Shown here: one piece after another, positions 29,801 to 45,641 of the stretch | Layout of the letters: each line of letters begins with the position of its first letter | How positions within the stretch are numbered: the stretch's first letter is position 1 | NCBI GenBank assembly: GCA_964016885.1 | Contig: OZ024749.1 | Location: 28,768,001 to 28,832,000, forward strand | Source: Eledone cirrhosa | Lineage: Eukaryota | DNA: 64,000 nucleotides | Direction of reading: 5' to 3' | Notes under the pieces: model-generated | Seen by the model: the letters and a program-made list of their open reading frames with translations, nothing else | Databases searched by the model: none | What the model was told of the DNA's origin: nothing | Made by a program: the position numbers and the translations under genes

Positions 29801-30125
29801 ACTATGTGCATGTGGTTAGAATGTCTCAGGAAAGAATTGGTGGACAGGTTTTACCAACCGGCAAGAGACCCAAGGGTAGACTCCGAGCAAGATGGTTGGA
29901 TAATATCCATGACGTTGGCTGGTCACGCTTGGGGATTCATCCAGATCAGTTGGAGACGGTTGCGTCTGATAGGACCGCTGGAAGGAATGTTTGACGACTC
30001 TGCCCCCACGACCCTCCCAGGAAGAAGAAGAAGAAGAAGAAGAAGAAGAAGAAGAAGAAGAAGAAGAAGAAGAAGAAGAAGAAGAAGAAGAAGAAGAAGA
30101 AGAAGAAGAAGAAGAAGAAGAAGAT
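29800..30125 (+). mobile_element. 3' end of RTE-like LINE with (GAA)n tail
   Basis: Translates HVVRM...GKRPKGRLRARWLDNI, the typical RTE ORF C-terminus, followed by a long (GAA)n. Confidence 0.75.
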
Positions 30126-30868
30126 ATATGGATATATATAAACCCGTAGATGTTCCTCCTTAGAGTGGAATCAGAAATTGTTTGGTTAAACTTTCAATCT
30201 GTGCTAATACGTTATATATATATATAGCTAATAACTTTATACTGTTCAGTTCAGTTGTTTCGTTTAGAATACAGTGGAATAATTATTCCGTTATTCCATC
30301 CTCTTATCGAAATTTTCCATTAAATTTAAACCCATTCACTCATTATTCTGTATCCTCGTATTCTCTTATTCTTGGCCGGGGAGAAGGAGAGAATGAGAGG
30401 TTGGTGGCGTTGACCATATTCGTTCTTTATACGCCGAAAATGTTGGCCGTTGTGGCAGTAAAATTGACTCTTAACTCCTAAACGAGCAGTTCTTACAAAG
30501 TGTCACTCATATATTCTTTGAGATGATATTCAGAAGCGATGATTGAAAGCAATCATGTGAACAGTTTCGATACGTTTCGATGATCCTGTCCACAATTAGG
30601 AGTTATGTATCTTAATTATCTCCAACCTACCCGCCATTATGTATTTATTGCTTCTCTAATTCAGAAGAGCGACTTTTCCTTTTTCCTTTGTGTTGCGGAG
30701 ACTTGAAAAAAAATGTCTATGTGATAAAAGCGTCCCTCTATAGAAAATATGATATCAATCAGTCATTCAATCATTTACTACTTCGTAAACCATGCCAGAT
30801 TATAATGTATAGTTATCTTAACAGATAATACAATGATACAATGTGGAATATTTTGAGATAACTATATA

Positions 30869-31032
<164 letters not shown>

Positions 31033-31101
31033 TTCCAGCTTCCCATATTTTCTCATGAGAAAATATGAAACCAGTCCAAAGGCCAGTAATTATCACACTA
31101 A

Positions 31102-31240
<139 letters not shown>

Positions 31241-31483
31241 TACACATATATATGTGGAAGCTTAGTAAAATCGAAGCTCTGGCTGTGAGCAAGCAAATTC
31301 GACCTACAAATATGAATGAGTTAGCAAAGCACTCAATAAGGGTAGGTCCTTAGAGTAATAACATACGTTTAAATAACTTCACAAATTGAACATTGTGGTA
31401 GGCAAAACCCAACACACAATACCAAAGTAACGAAAAAACTAACAAGTTAAAAAAGATACACCTGGACAAATTAAACGATATAC

Positions 31484-31582
31484 GTTTAAAGTGTTTCTGT
31501 GAATCCGAAATCAAATATCCGACTTACATAACAAAGACGCTCGTGGTATTCCATGATCGAACACAGGATTCAGTTCATCAAC
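31484..31582 (-). ncRNA. decayed hammerhead-like motif with long stem II
   Basis: Minus strand: GTT-GATGA-AC-TGAATCC...GGATTCA-CA-GAAAC-ACT-TTA-AAC, inside a ~590-bp unique insert between (TA)n tracts; the core is imperfect. Confidence 0.4.
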
Positions 31583-31835
31583 AGGGATTCCGTTCTGTCC
31601 AAAACCGAGGTGGAATCTAAATGGTGCTGCTATCAGCAAGCTAATCGTACATTTACTTATCACGTGTTATTTCCAACAAGGGAAGCAACCTCCGGTTTTT
31701 GGCGGGTAGATTCAAAGTGTTAAGCAAAGGAAATATTATAATTTCAACATTCAGAATAAAAGCTCTCAACCACATGTTATTAAACAAACACAAATAATTA
31801 ACCAATCAACAGAATTGTCTAATTAAATTAATTAG

Positions 31836-31876
<41 letters not shown>

Positions 31877-32048
31877 CAGTTGCAACAGTGGAATATGCAG
31901 ATATTTAAGTTTCATTGTGTTTAACGCCATACAGTTTGCCACATTAGGATGCAGTACTTCCGGGGAGATTCGTGAGAGTATAGGAGATTTCTCTTTAAAT
32001 ACATATAGATAGATATAGATATCTTTATACATTATACACACACACGCG

Positions 32049-32123
<75 letters not shown>

Positions 32124-32701
32124 TTATTTATTATATTATATATATATTAATTTAATTTTGGATATATACACGGCCCCTTAATTGTAGAGCTAACTCAGTT
32201 GAAAGGACTCGGCTGCTATTTCTAGTTGTCGATAACCCTATTCACGCCACTGGGATGAAGCTGGTACGATGTGTATATTTTAAAAAAATGCAACACGTGC
32301 TGCTAGTCATTCGCAGATTTGAATTTGCTGTCTAAACACTGATAGTTAGATCTTCTCCCTTCTTGAAAATTCGGGATTTGGCTATTGTGGTTTACCGATC
32401 AATTAACGGTTAAATATATTTCTTTAATGAAATATATACAAGGAAGATTAATCAATTTATAAGGTATCTATTTTTAAAGTTCTAGTTAAACTTTAATTAG
32501 TTACCTACCTGGCTATGTGTGCTTACACACTTTTATAAATTATTCCCTGTGATTGTTTCATATGTTTATTTTAAATATATATATATGTCAATCAATTTCT
32601 AGTTGATATAAAATGCTCGGATCTATTCATTGGAATCTTGGAGCATATTCTACAGTGGATATGGCGCATATCTCTCTGACATGACACCCTTAATTTAATT
32701 T

Positions 32702-33046
<345 letters not shown>

Positions 33047-34107
33047 GTGATCTATAACAATATACATGTGTGTTTGATAGAACTGGGGTCCCCTATCATT
33101 AAAATACTTGAGAGACTTCTTATGAGATGCAACCGCTTAGGAGGCCAACTAAACCTACATAGTTGAGAGCAGTAACAACAATAAGACTGAATTGGGACTC
33201 CCTATAACTAAAACACTCGGGAAACCTTCTATCAGATACAACCTTGAATGAGGCCAGCTAACGCTATATATGTGTGAGCTATAACGGATCTTTATCATTA
33301 AAACACCTGAGAACCCTCATATGATACACAACCTCATAGGAAGCCAGTTAAACCTACAAAGATTTGCTTATAAAGCTAATGTCCTCCTAGGACATGGAAT
33401 GAACGCCACAACATCCTCTGTCCTACTCATCGACCAATTATGACACCTTTACACATATTTTTATAGAAACCAGATTTTTTCTTGTTTTTCACGTTCTTTG
33501 ACCTATGTTATCCAATCAAATATCCCCAAAATTATCGTTTCGAATTCAAATGGTTCTGTACAGTACATGTATCTCCAATAGAAGAGAATGAACTTCCGGT
33601 AATGCCAATCACCATTGCTAGAATCTATCGTCTCTTCTCTCTAAATGGTTCCGAGATTTTAGGAAAATGAGAAGAATTTTGTAATATATTAGCAACTGTC
33701 TCTGTAATGGAGTGATTGTTACATTATCTCAATTGGTCAACAACAACAACAACAACAGTAACAGCAGCAGTAACAACAACAGTAACAATAACGGCAGCAA
33801 CAACAACAGCAGTAGTAACAACAACAACAAAAAACAACAATAACAAAAACGACAGCAACAACAACGACAACAACAACAACAACGATAACAACAACAACGA
33901 CAACAACAGCAATAACTGCAGCGACTACAGTAAAAAAAAATACAATATATAAATGAATAAATAAATATTTTCGTAATTTTTTTGGTTGAACATTTTCTTT
34001 AATATTTTTGTTAACTTTTGTTGTTGTTGGTAATGGTCGTGGTAGTAATGGTGGTGCTGTGGTGGTGGTGGTAGTGGTGGTGGTAGTGGTAGTGGAAGTG
34101 ATGGTGG

Positions 34108-34138
<31 letters not shown>

Positions 34139-34900
34139 GGTGGTGGTGGTGGTGGTGGTGGTGGTGGTGGTGGTGGTGGTGGTGGTGGTGGTGGTGGTGA
34201 TGGTAGTGATGGTGGTGGTGGTGGTGGTGTTGTTGTTGGTGGTGGTGGTAGTGATGGTGGCGGTGGTGGTGTTGTTGTTGTTGGTGGCGGTGGTAGTGAT
34301 GGTGGTGGTGGTGGTGGTGGTGGTGGTGGTGGTGGTGGTGGTGGTGGTGGTGGTGATGGATGGTGTTGTTGTTGTTGTGGTTGGTGGTGGTGGTGGTGGT
34401 GGTGGTGGTGGTGGTGGTGGTGGTGGTGGTAGTGATGGTGGGAGTGATGGTGGTGGTGATGGTAGTGATGGTGGTGGTGGTGGTGGTGGTGGTGGTAGTG
34501 ATGGTGGGAGTGATGGTGGTGGTAATGTTATCTTTTGCTGTTTTTGATATTGTTGTTGTTGTTGTTGTTGTTTAGCACCAGAACCACAACAGCTATCAAC
34601 ATTAGTAGACACGTTCTTATCATCATCACCATCACCATCATCTTCATCATCATCACCATCACCACCATCATCATCATCACCATCACCACCATTAGCATCA
34701 TCGTCGTCATCATCATCATCATCTCCAACACCATCACCACCACCACCAACACCACCACCACCATCATCATCACCATCATCATCATCTCCATCACCATCAC
34801 CATCACCACCACCACCACCACCACCATCATCATCATCAACATCATCGTCATCGTCGTCATCGTCATCATCTCCATCACCACCATCACCACCACCACCACT

Positions 34901-34958
<58 letters not shown>

Positions 34959-35486
34959 ACACCATCATCATCGTCGTCATCATCATCATCTTCTTCATCA
35001 TCACTACCAACACAACCACCATCACCACCGCCAACATCACCAATCAATCAGTTGACAGTGTTATATCGATCACTGTAGTCACTATTCATTCATCAACAAC
35101 GGATCTGTTAAACACCCTCCTCCACATACACTCCCCTACCTCAACCAAAACAAACTAGGCTACCACAGAATAATCGAAGAGGTTTCTTAAGGGGTGTGGG
35201 GAATACGAGAGGAGTGTCAGACAGACATTCTTACTACAGAAATCTATAAATAAATAAAATAAAATAAAATAAAATAAATAAACAAATAAATAAATAAATA
35301 AATAAAGGCATGGTTGTGCTGTTAGGGAGTTCGTTTGACAACCATGTCATTGTGGGTTCAATCCCACACCATTACACCCTTGATTAACTGTTTACTATAG
35401 ACTTGAGTTGACCAATTTGGTGGATGGAAACACACGCACACACATATATATATAGATAGATATACATGTATGTATATATATATATA

Positions 35487-36732
35487 CAGGGTGCGGACGG
35501 TATTTGAGGACAGATTTATGGTTTTAAAAAAACGTTTATATAATAACAGAAAAAAACCTGTATTCTTATAAAAATAACATAAACATAAAGCTAAATTATC
35601 AATTTAATAATTTCATTCAACAAAATCGCCATAAGCATCAATAACTGCCTCTACACGGGGTCGAAATCGTTTACAAGCTCGGATTAAATGGTCCTTGTTC
35701 ATATCGAACATGACTCGAACTATGGCGGCTTTCAAAGAATCTTTGGTGCTATGACGATATTCATTGACATTTTTCTCAACGATGCTCCATACATAGTAGT
35801 CCAATGGATTGAGATCTGGAGAATTAGGAAGCCAAATGTTGCGGGTGATGTGATAATGCAAATTGTCGGCCACTCATTTTGAGCCTTGTGTGATAGTGCA
35901 GAATCTTGTTGAAAGACGTAAGGCTTTTCATTGCATACACTGTTGATTCAAGGCTTAACAACTTTATCCAGAACGCAACAGCATTCACCCTAAGGCCTTG
36001 TGGAAAAAAGTGAGGAGGCATCACATGTACTTCATTGCTAACAACACCCAAAACCATGACACTTCCAGGAAATTTTGTGAGCATTACTCTTGGAACCTCA
36101 GAAGTGTCTGCACATAGCCACCTGTAATTTCTTCTGTTAGTTTTCTGGTCCTGGTCAAAGGTTTTCTCATCTGAGAAAAACCAAATCACATCATCTTCTG
36201 ATGGATTTTTAAGTTTGTTCAAAGGTCTTTTGGATCTGATTAAACGGTTTTCTTTCGTTTGTTTTCTGGCATGAATTGACCTCTCCTCATCACGTAAGAT
36301 TTGTATCTGATGTCTTCGTGCACAACATTTCTGATTGTTTTTTCTGACACACCAAAACTTTTTGCAATTGACCTCATTGATTTTCCTGGATTGTTATCAA
36401 TGTTTTGCTTAACTTCCTGAATAAATTCAGGTGTCCTGATAGAATCAGAGCGTTTGGAATGTTTTTTACGTTTTGATACAGGTAATACGCTTCCATCCTC
36501 TTTCTCTAACTCACACCGAATCTTGTGGATAAAAGATCTTGCAACTTTCAGAAAACGAGAAATTTCTAAATCACCATGCTTAGCCTTCAAAGCAACAATC
36601 AAAGCATGCCTTTTCATTTCATTAGTAAGCATAGTTATTTTCATTGTTATTTTCTGAAATAGAAGTTCAATAAAAATTAGTCAAATACAATAATGACTAA
36701 AAATGCATGTGTCCTCAAATACCGTCCGCACC

Positions 36733-36735
<3 letters not shown>
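35487..36735 (-). mobile_element. Tc1/mariner superfamily DNA transposon, maT/Bmmar1 (DD37D)-like, near full length
   Basis: Perfect 26-bp TIRs CAGGGTGCGGACGGTATTTGAGGACA (35487-35512 and 36710-36735), inserted in a TA tract. Confidence 0.93.
35613..36644 (-). pseudogene. frameshifted maT/mariner transposase
   Basis: Split ORFs give the HTH region (NPGKSMRSIAKSFGVSEKTIR), WFFSDEKTF, VMVLGVVS and WLPNSPDLNPLDYYVW. The terminal catalytic D in SPDLNPLD is typical of maT; the D-D spacing cannot be counted because of a frameshift. Confidence 0.9.
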
Positions 36736-36785
<50 letters not shown>

Positions 36786-36786
36786 G

Positions 36787-36833
<47 letters not shown>

Positions 36834-36848
36834 CTATCTATCTATCTA

Positions 36849-36884
<36 letters not shown>

Positions 36885-37683
36885 CAATTTCAAAAAGCTC
36901 GCATGACCAACACTTTAGAGTATAATCTCAAAACAGCGAAGGGCGCACAGGACAAAGACAATGGAAACATATTACTGAAAAACGGACAGTCCCATCTCTT
37001 CGATCAACCTTTGGAAATCACTACAGTTTTGGTGCATTAAGGTTGATACTATTCATTCCAGTGCACATTCGGATGCAACAGAATAGGTAGAGACAAAGAC
37101 TGGACAAGTTTTATATATATGTGTGCGTGTGTGAGTGAGAGAGAGAGAGAGAGAGAGAGTGTGTGTGTGTGTATGTGTGTGCGAATGTGTGTGCATGTGT
37201 ATTTGTTTGTATATGTGTGTATGTATGTGTGTGAGTGTGTGTTTATACCCCCGTTAGCGGTTTGACAACAAAGAGACCTTTTAAATAATTAAGTAGCAGA
37301 CTTAGAAAACAGTAAGTACTGGTGTTGATATGATCTACCAAAATACATTAAAACTGTGTCTTAACATGGCCGCATTCAAATAACTGAAACCAGTAAAAGA
37401 ATATGGTGCCCCAGCATAGCCGCAGACTAATGACTGAAACCAGTAAAAAAAGAGAAATCAAAGAATCAATGACTAGAAGATTATATTAAGTAAATCAATG
37501 TGAAAGCCGGGAGTTCTTTACATTGCCGGATCTTAATCAGAGTAAAGTGTCTGTTTTTATATTCCAGCTTGGTTCTCGCCATCTTGTCTTCCTTAGTATC
37601 ACTTGAGAAATGGAAACTTTATCATTTATAACATAATACTTAATATAATATATTCTACATATATTTCATATTAATTTGTGTGC

Positions 37684-37892
<209 letters not shown>

Positions 37893-37955
37893 TATATATA
37901 TAATGTGTGTGTGTGTGTGACTGTATGTGTGTGCATTATATATATATTTATGTGA

Positions 37956-38005
<50 letters not shown>

Positions 38006-38150
38006 GCCTGTCTGTTGTGTATACATATGTGTGTTCTATTATGATTATTTTACCAATGGAATATTTGACTCTTGAAAGAATCCTTTGTCTTGCCATCGCC
38101 TCTAATTTCATCTCCTTAATTTAATGAATAATGTATATATGGACGTACGA

Positions 38151-38213
<63 letters not shown>

Positions 38214-38324
38214 CCCACGAAATCCACCAAAATATGGCGATAATAATAAAAAGAAACGAAAGAAATACCTTTTCTTACTTCGAAATCCGGAATTTATTAT
38301 AAAAGGAAGAAAAAATGATAAAGA

Positions 38325-38387
<63 letters not shown>

Positions 38388-38734
38388 CATACATATGTAT
38401 ATATGTGTGTATATACACACATATACACATACATATATATATATAGCTTTGCATTGCTTTGAAGAATGTAATAAAGTCAAAGAAGAAGAATTTGGTTTTT
38501 AGTAAATGAAGAATGTATTGTGGATATTTTTGGAAACTCCCGATCAATACAGGAAACAATTGGAAATATTATGGTCTTTATATGCTTCCATAGAAGACAA
38601 TAATTGGGTTCCTAGAGATCAATACAGGAAACAGTTGGAAATATTATGGTCTTTATATGCTTCCATACAAGACAATAATTGTGTGCTAACGTTTGAGCAA
38701 TAGTATCCACTTTTTACCTAAATTAAATTGCCAC

Positions 38735-38799
<65 letters not shown>

Positions 38800-38937
38800 G
38801 GCATGTGTGTACATATATATAGTTAATGGTCTTTTGTGAGTGTGTGTTTATATATACGCATATGCACATATTCATGTACCTGTATACGTATATAAATAAT
38901 TGTATTGTGTGTGTGTATATATACATATGTATATATA

Positions 38938-38987
<50 letters not shown>

Positions 38988-39062
38988 TATATATACATAT
39001 ATATAAATATGTATATATACATATATGTGTGTGTGTGTCTGTATGTATGTTTTTATATACAT

Positions 39063-39130
<68 letters not shown>

Positions 39131-39136
39131 GGTGGG

Positions 39137-39191
<55 letters not shown>

Positions 39192-39534
39192 GGTGGGGTA
39201 CATATACATATATATATATACGCACACACACAATGGTGTGGAATTGAATGCATAAAATAATATATTATATAGAGATCTAGTGTGAAGGAACCATCAAATT
39301 TAGACAACAATTTTCCTAATATTCTTTATATTATCTGAAGAATTCTTTGATATATTCCCGAATATGGAGCGTTTAATCTGTTCGTTAAGTCAGTCCCGGG
39401 TTGGAAATGTCAGCAGAAACAGGACGGAAGGAAACAATTCTACTTACATTTATCTCACTTTTCACCATTATATATATTGGATATTGGATAATATGTACTT
39501 TCAGTTGATTAAGAAATTGGTGTCTATAATACGA

Positions 39535-39930
39535 TTAACTATAGTACAGGTGTTACTAACTACTGTATTTTATAGTATCATATAGTACAACTAGTGTATG
39601 GTATAGTATAGGTGTTATATTAGTGACACTAACTACTGTATTATATCGTACAGGTGTTATATATAGTAATACTAAACACTACATTGTATAGTACAGGTGG
39701 TATATATGGATATACTAACTACAATAATATATAGTACAGGTGCTATATAGTGATACTAACTACTGTAATATATAGTACAGATGTTATATAGATATTAACT
39801 ACAGTATTATATAGTACAGGTGTTATATATAGTGATACTAACTACTGTATATATATATAGTACAGTTGTTATATAGATACTAACTATAGTATTATATAGT
39901 ACAGATATCATATAGATACTAACTACAAGC
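39535..39930. repeat. degenerate ~43-bp minisatellite
   Basis: TATAGTACAGGTGTTATATAGTGATACTAACTACTG recurs about nine times. Confidence 0.8.
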
Positions 39931-39968
39931 TCTGGTGGACATCAGAGACGAGCTTGCATATTGAAGCA

Positions 39969-40053
39969 TATCTAAGGATCTTTCGATTCCAGAGTCAGGT
40001 TCGATCACTAATAGACTGTTCATCGAGCTGATCGACAGTGAAACATATGTAAT
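39969..40053 (+). ncRNA. decayed extended-stem-II hammerhead (family C-related)
   Basis: TAT-CTAAGGA-TCTTTCGATT...GATCGACAGT-GAAAC-ATAT-GTA-ATA, with a G5A core change. A 5'-truncated relative follows at 40135-40240 (GAGCTGACC...GAAACGCGCGTC). Confidence 0.5.
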
Positions 40054-41010
40054 AGGTTATTAAATATGTTATGATGCAATACTGATTCTTTGTTCCTTTA
40101 TTCTAATACTATATATATATATATATATATATACCAGATTCGGACCCGACACCACCGATCGTATCTTGAGCTGACCGACCGCGAAACGCGCGTCACGTGT
40201 GAATAAGAATATTGATGTTATGTTAATACTTCGTTCCTGTTCTTTATTATTATTATCATTATTATTATTATTATTATTGTAAACGACCTTATTGTAAACC
40301 CCCACTGTCCCTGTCTTTGTATTGTCCTCTACATGTCGGCCCTTGTGGCTAATAAATGAAATCATTATTATTATTATTATTATTATTATGATTATTATTA
40401 TTATTTCATCCTTACGGGGTCGATAAATAAAGCACGAGTAATACACTGGGGTCGATTTAATTGACTTTTATCCCCCCCCCCCCTCCCAATTACTGGCCTT
40501 GTGCCTATACTAGAAATCATCATTATTATTATTATTATTATTATTTCATCCTTACGGGGTCGATTTAATCGACTTTCCCCTCCCCTTCAGATTGCTGGCC
40601 CTGTGCGTAAAGTAGAAACAATTATCAGTATTAAAATATGAATACATACAAAATTAACTACATATAAACACAGTAGATACTGCCCTTAAATAACCACAAT
40701 ATACCTAACTTATTTACACCTTTTGACCACACGAGATCTCATACAAAGTAAAATCAACGATCTTAATACAAAGTAAAATCAACGATCTTATATGTACTAA
40801 CCGAATGAAAAGTACCCTCAGTAAACCATGATAAAACTTTATGTCTAATACAAGGACATGTTTTGAAACCTAAGGTAGCTACAGCAAGATAGGTAAATGA
40901 CAGTTCAGAATTTTATCCAATCGGTAAATCTCCAATCACGGTAGTTTTACAATATCAGAGATTACTTACATAAAAGAATATAGAATAACCAAGATTTAAA
41001 ATAAACCTTT

Positions 41011-41194
41011 TATTTGATTGACGAACATTTCGTTAAAATAACAGCAATATCACTCCTGTTATAATAATCTTTCCAGTGATTGTTTTATGGACATGTAATG
41101 GTAAATATTACTTTTGTTTAATGGATTCTGATTTTATTATAATAACAGAAATGGATATTCCTGTTGTTTTAACGAAACAATCGTCAATCAAATA
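41011..41194. mobile_element. old fold-back element with decayed hammerhead-like arms
   Basis: Inverted arms ~41011-41065 and ~41135-41194. The + arm reads GATT-CTGATTT-[13-bp hairpin]-GAAAC-AATC-GTC-AATC. Confidence 0.55.
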
Positions 41195-41258
41195 GATGGT
41201 TTAATTTAAATCCTGGTTATTGTTAATTCATATATATATATATTTATATGTCTATTTA

Positions 41259-41383
<125 letters not shown>

Positions 41384-41412
41384 GTATATATATATATATA
41401 TGTGTGTATATA

Positions 41413-41497
<85 letters not shown>

Positions 41498-41620
41498 TTA
41501 TATATATATATATACATATATATATACATATATATATATTTATATATATATATATATATATATACATATATATATACATATATATATATATCTATACGTT
41601 ATACATATAATGTATATACG

Positions 41621-41654
<34 letters not shown>

Positions 41655-41662
41655 TATGTATA

Positions 41663-44214
41663 TCAGCACCCACGTCCACTTCTTAGACATCTCAGTCGCC
41701 TTCGACCCCTCCCACCACTCCCTGTCACCTCCGCCTAATTCAAACCCACCGACTCCCACTCCTACCTCGACTTCACCTCTTCCCACCCCACACACACTAA
41801 ACACTCTATTCCCTACTCCCAACTCCTCAGGATCCGCCGCCTCTGTAGCCGAGATGCTGACTTTGAGTTCCAGGCCCTTTCCCTAGTCAGCCATTTCATC
41901 CGCAGAGGTTACCCCCCTCTCTCGTCCACACCGCTCTCACCCACGCCCGTGCTGTCCACCGCTCCATCACCCTCACCCCACGCCACCGCACACCCACCCA
42001 CCGTCTCCCCTTCCCCATCACCTACCACCCCTCCACCATACCCCTCCACCGCACCATCCTCCGCCTATTTCGACGCCTCCAGTCCGACCCCTCCACCTCC
42101 CACATCTTCCCAGCCCCACCACTCCCCTCCTTCAAACGCGCACGCAATCTCCGCACCCTCCTCGTCCACAGCTCCCTACCCCTAACCTACGCTCTCCTTC
42201 CCCCTCCGGTTCCCTTCCCTGTTCCAGGCCCCGTTGCAACACCTGTCCCCACATCACCAACACCACCACCTTCCAGGGTCTCAACGGCCACTCTCTCTCT
42301 CTGTCCGACATGCCTTCCGCTGCACCTCCTCCAACCTAGTCGACGGACTTCGCGCAACCTACATCGGACAGACTGGACGTCGCCTGGCGGATCGGTTTAC
42401 CGAACACCTCCGAGATATTCGGTGGTAGTTCCCCCATCGCCCGCCACTTTGGTGCCCCTGGACATTCCGCGCACCACCTCACAGTGTGTGGCCTACTCCA
42501 ATGCCACGGAACACCCGCCACTCTCGTCAGAGTCGAACAACGAACCATCTTCACCCTACAGACCCACACTCCCCCCGGCCTGAACTCCCCACCCTTATTC
42601 CTTTAACCTTCGACCGCCTCCCCCCCACATATCCCCCACTAACGCCACTAACACACCCCTCCTTTTCACCGCCCACCCCACAACTAACAATACTAACACC
42701 TCCACCCCACACCCGACCACCCTTCCCCAACTAACATACTAACATCCCTCCCTTCTTCTCCCCCCTCCCCTTATCACACGCACACACCCACCGGTACATA
42801 TATACACGCGCTCACACTAAACACACACCCTACTACCACCACTAACCCTCACCCCCACACATCCTCCCCACCACCCCGCAACTAACATCACTAACACCCC
42901 CCGAACCCACGCACACGAACACACACACCCACTTACACCACCCACTCTACACGCAACTAACATCACTAACACCCCCCAACCCTACGCACACGAACACACA
43001 CACCCACTACACCACCCACTCTACACACCCTACCACCACTGACCCCCACTCACACCCGCATTCAACCCTTTCCCCACCACCAGTATACTAACACCCACTA
43101 ACCCCCCCCCCCCCCTCTCACCACACACACACTCATCCAAACACTCACACACACACCAGTACACTACACTCCCTCCACCGGCCCCCACACCCTTCTCTCC
43201 CTGCTCCACCCACACCCTTTCTCACACACACACACATCCCACTAACACCTCTACTAATACCCCCCCCCCCCTCACTCCAACTTTCACACCTACCCATCCT
43301 CTCCCCTGTCCACCGCATCTCAGCACACACTGACACACCGACTTTCTTCACTTACCATTCTCCACGACTGCTGCTATGCCCTTATCTCTGACCACCTCCC
43401 CGCACACACAGACACACAACCCTCCTCCTGCCTTGACCCTCTGACCACTTCCTGTTGCGCGCGCAGCCCACATCTCCCCTCTTCCGACCAACCCAACCAT
43501 GGATTACACATATTGGACATCGATCCCTAGAATCAACCACATCCCAAGGATATTACCCAGCATTCCACCACATCCTCTACGGAACTACCTTAAGGACTCA
43601 CCCACTGACATACATTCAAAAACATTTTTTCCCACACGCCACCTACATCCACAACACGCATAAACACCACACACACGTGCGTACCACCACATATTTACAC
43701 ACTCAGCCTCCGGAATCTCCCCCACCTCTCTGACCCCTCCTCATCCACACACGCACACACACCGACCTACACCCCACCCCACACACACCTCTTCCTGAAC
43801 ATGCAACCCCGTTCTTCCCCCAACTCTTACTTTCACAAACACACACACACACGTACACCTACACACACACACCACCTTCAGCCCTCCCCGCTCGGACACC
43901 CCGCCTCCCTCTCCCCACTCCACCCCCTACACGCCCCACAACCTTCCCTCACCTGTTTTACTTCATGTTTATTTTTATTTTTATTATGCTTTTATATTTA
44001 ATTTCATTTGTACCGTTTCCTCTCACCCCCTTTTTTCTATATGTCTCTCCACCACTCCCCTACACACCCTTGGAACTCTCTTCCCACACACTTTTCACCT
44101 GAAGAAGGGCTTATGCCCGAAACGTCGTTCCCCACCACCACCCCACTCTCAAGAGCGTGAAACTTATAAACCTTTGTTCGTACTGCCTCTCTGTTTTGTT
44201 CCCGTTCAATTTTT

Positions 44215-44218
<4 letters not shown>
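41663..44218 (+). mobile_element. 5'-truncated Penelope-like retroelement (Neptune-like) with long C-rich 3' UTR and hammerhead
   Basis: Frameshifted coding remnant ~41663-42610: FLDI, KPTDSHSYLDFTSSHP..IPYSQLLRIRRLCS, RGYP, PCSRPRCNTC linker, YIGQTGRRLADRFTEH, PPGLN. (TA)n lies at both ends. Confidence 0.92.
44097..44128 (+). ncRNA. minimal hammerhead ribozyme at the 3' end of the Penelope-like element
   Basis: AC-CTGAAGA-A-GGGC-TTAT-GCCC-GAAAC-GTC-GT. Confidence 0.82.
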
Positions 44219-44255
<37 letters not shown>

Positions 44256-44257
<2 letters not shown>

Positions 44258-44790
44258 TAAGTTATTCCGGGTTGAATCGGAGGTAACTACAGTAAGTAAG
44301 GTACTCAATACATAGCAGAGTATAAAAGTTTTAATATCGAAGAGATTCTACAGGACTAGAACTGTTTCATTCGTGAGAAATCATTAGGAATCTCACTCTA
44401 AGTAAAGAATGAGCTTTTAAAGAATTCCCCTTTCTTGAAACCCTTTCTTTAAACCATGACTGACCTCCAACCATCTTATAGGCAGCTGAAATATAGGCAT
44501 TGTTAGCTTAAGAGAAACTTAAAAATAAGGAGTAGCACTCCAATTTGAACTTGTTTATAGAATTCTTTCTGCCTTTGTCACTCTAAATATAAATTATAGC
44601 TTTAAAGAATTAGCTTTTAATGAATTCCCTTTTCTTTCAACCAATGACCTCCACCCATCCCACTCCCCACCCTCTCCTACTACCAGAAAAGATATAAATA
44701 CCACCATATTTACTTGGACAGTCAGATTCCTGATGATTTCTCACGAATGAAACAGTTCTAGTCCTGTAGAATCTCTTCTATATTAAAACT
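44256..44790 (-). mobile_element. longer family A fold-back element
   Basis: Family A tail on the minus strand at 44256-44330; inverted arms ~44330-44392 and ~44724-44790 around a ~330-bp loop. Confidence 0.85.
44724..44774 (+). ncRNA. complete type I hammerhead ribozyme (family A)
   Basis: AGATTC-CTGATGA-T-TTC-TCAC-GAA-T-GAA-ACAG-TTCTAGTC-CTGT-A-GAATCT. It has a 6-bp stem I and a 4-bp stem III; predicted cleavage is after GUA at 44768. Confidence 0.85.
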
Positions 44791-44794
44791 ATAT

Positions 44795-44861
<67 letters not shown>

Positions 44862-44862
<1 letters not shown>

Positions 44863-45552
44863 GGATTAACAAATAATAGTTAAATGCAGTCCACTTAGGT
44901 GAAGTCCAGTTATGGTATTCCAGGTAGTGGATGATATTAACGCTTGGCTTGGTTTGACTCAACAAGGCGTTTTCATAGTGATGCTGCGGGTATGCTGTAA
45001 TTCCTATGTTGTAAACACTTGGAGTAATAATAAATCAGGAAAGAAGGTTTACATGGTTTGCTATACAAAAAAGTTTTTAATCACATAGCTTACATTTGTT
45101 TCACTGAACTGGTCTGTCTAGAGATCGCTATCCGCCTAATTTTGCGTCACTCGATCGCCAATACAGAATTATAACCAGTCAGATCTTCGGAGCATGCGAG
45201 AATGAAGAAAATACACAGGCAAGAAAATAAAATAAAATATGGAGTAGTTATGGCATTCAATTAGAACAATAACAACAACAATTATTACAACAATGCTATC
45301 AATAAACTATTTAAGGAGACCCTGACATTACTTAGGTGGGGGGTATATAATGTATCTAATGTTACGGCGTGAAAATCAGCTGTCATAAGGCAAAAAGTAT
45401 CGTAGTGTGTATCAATTTTAAATTATAAAGATAAGCTAGTTTTTACAGTCTTTCTCTTCATCTTCAACAGTATACATGAGTGGGACCACTGTCAAAGCTC
45501 AATAGTTGTAGAGTTAATACAGAGGTTAACGAATTAATATACGCATATATCT

Positions 45553-45641
<89 letters not shown>

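Noticed and set aside
38542-38681. 75-bp in-frame duplication giving a repeated peptide DQYRKQLEILWSLYASI
   Set aside because: A local tandem duplication with no recognisable homology or splice signals.
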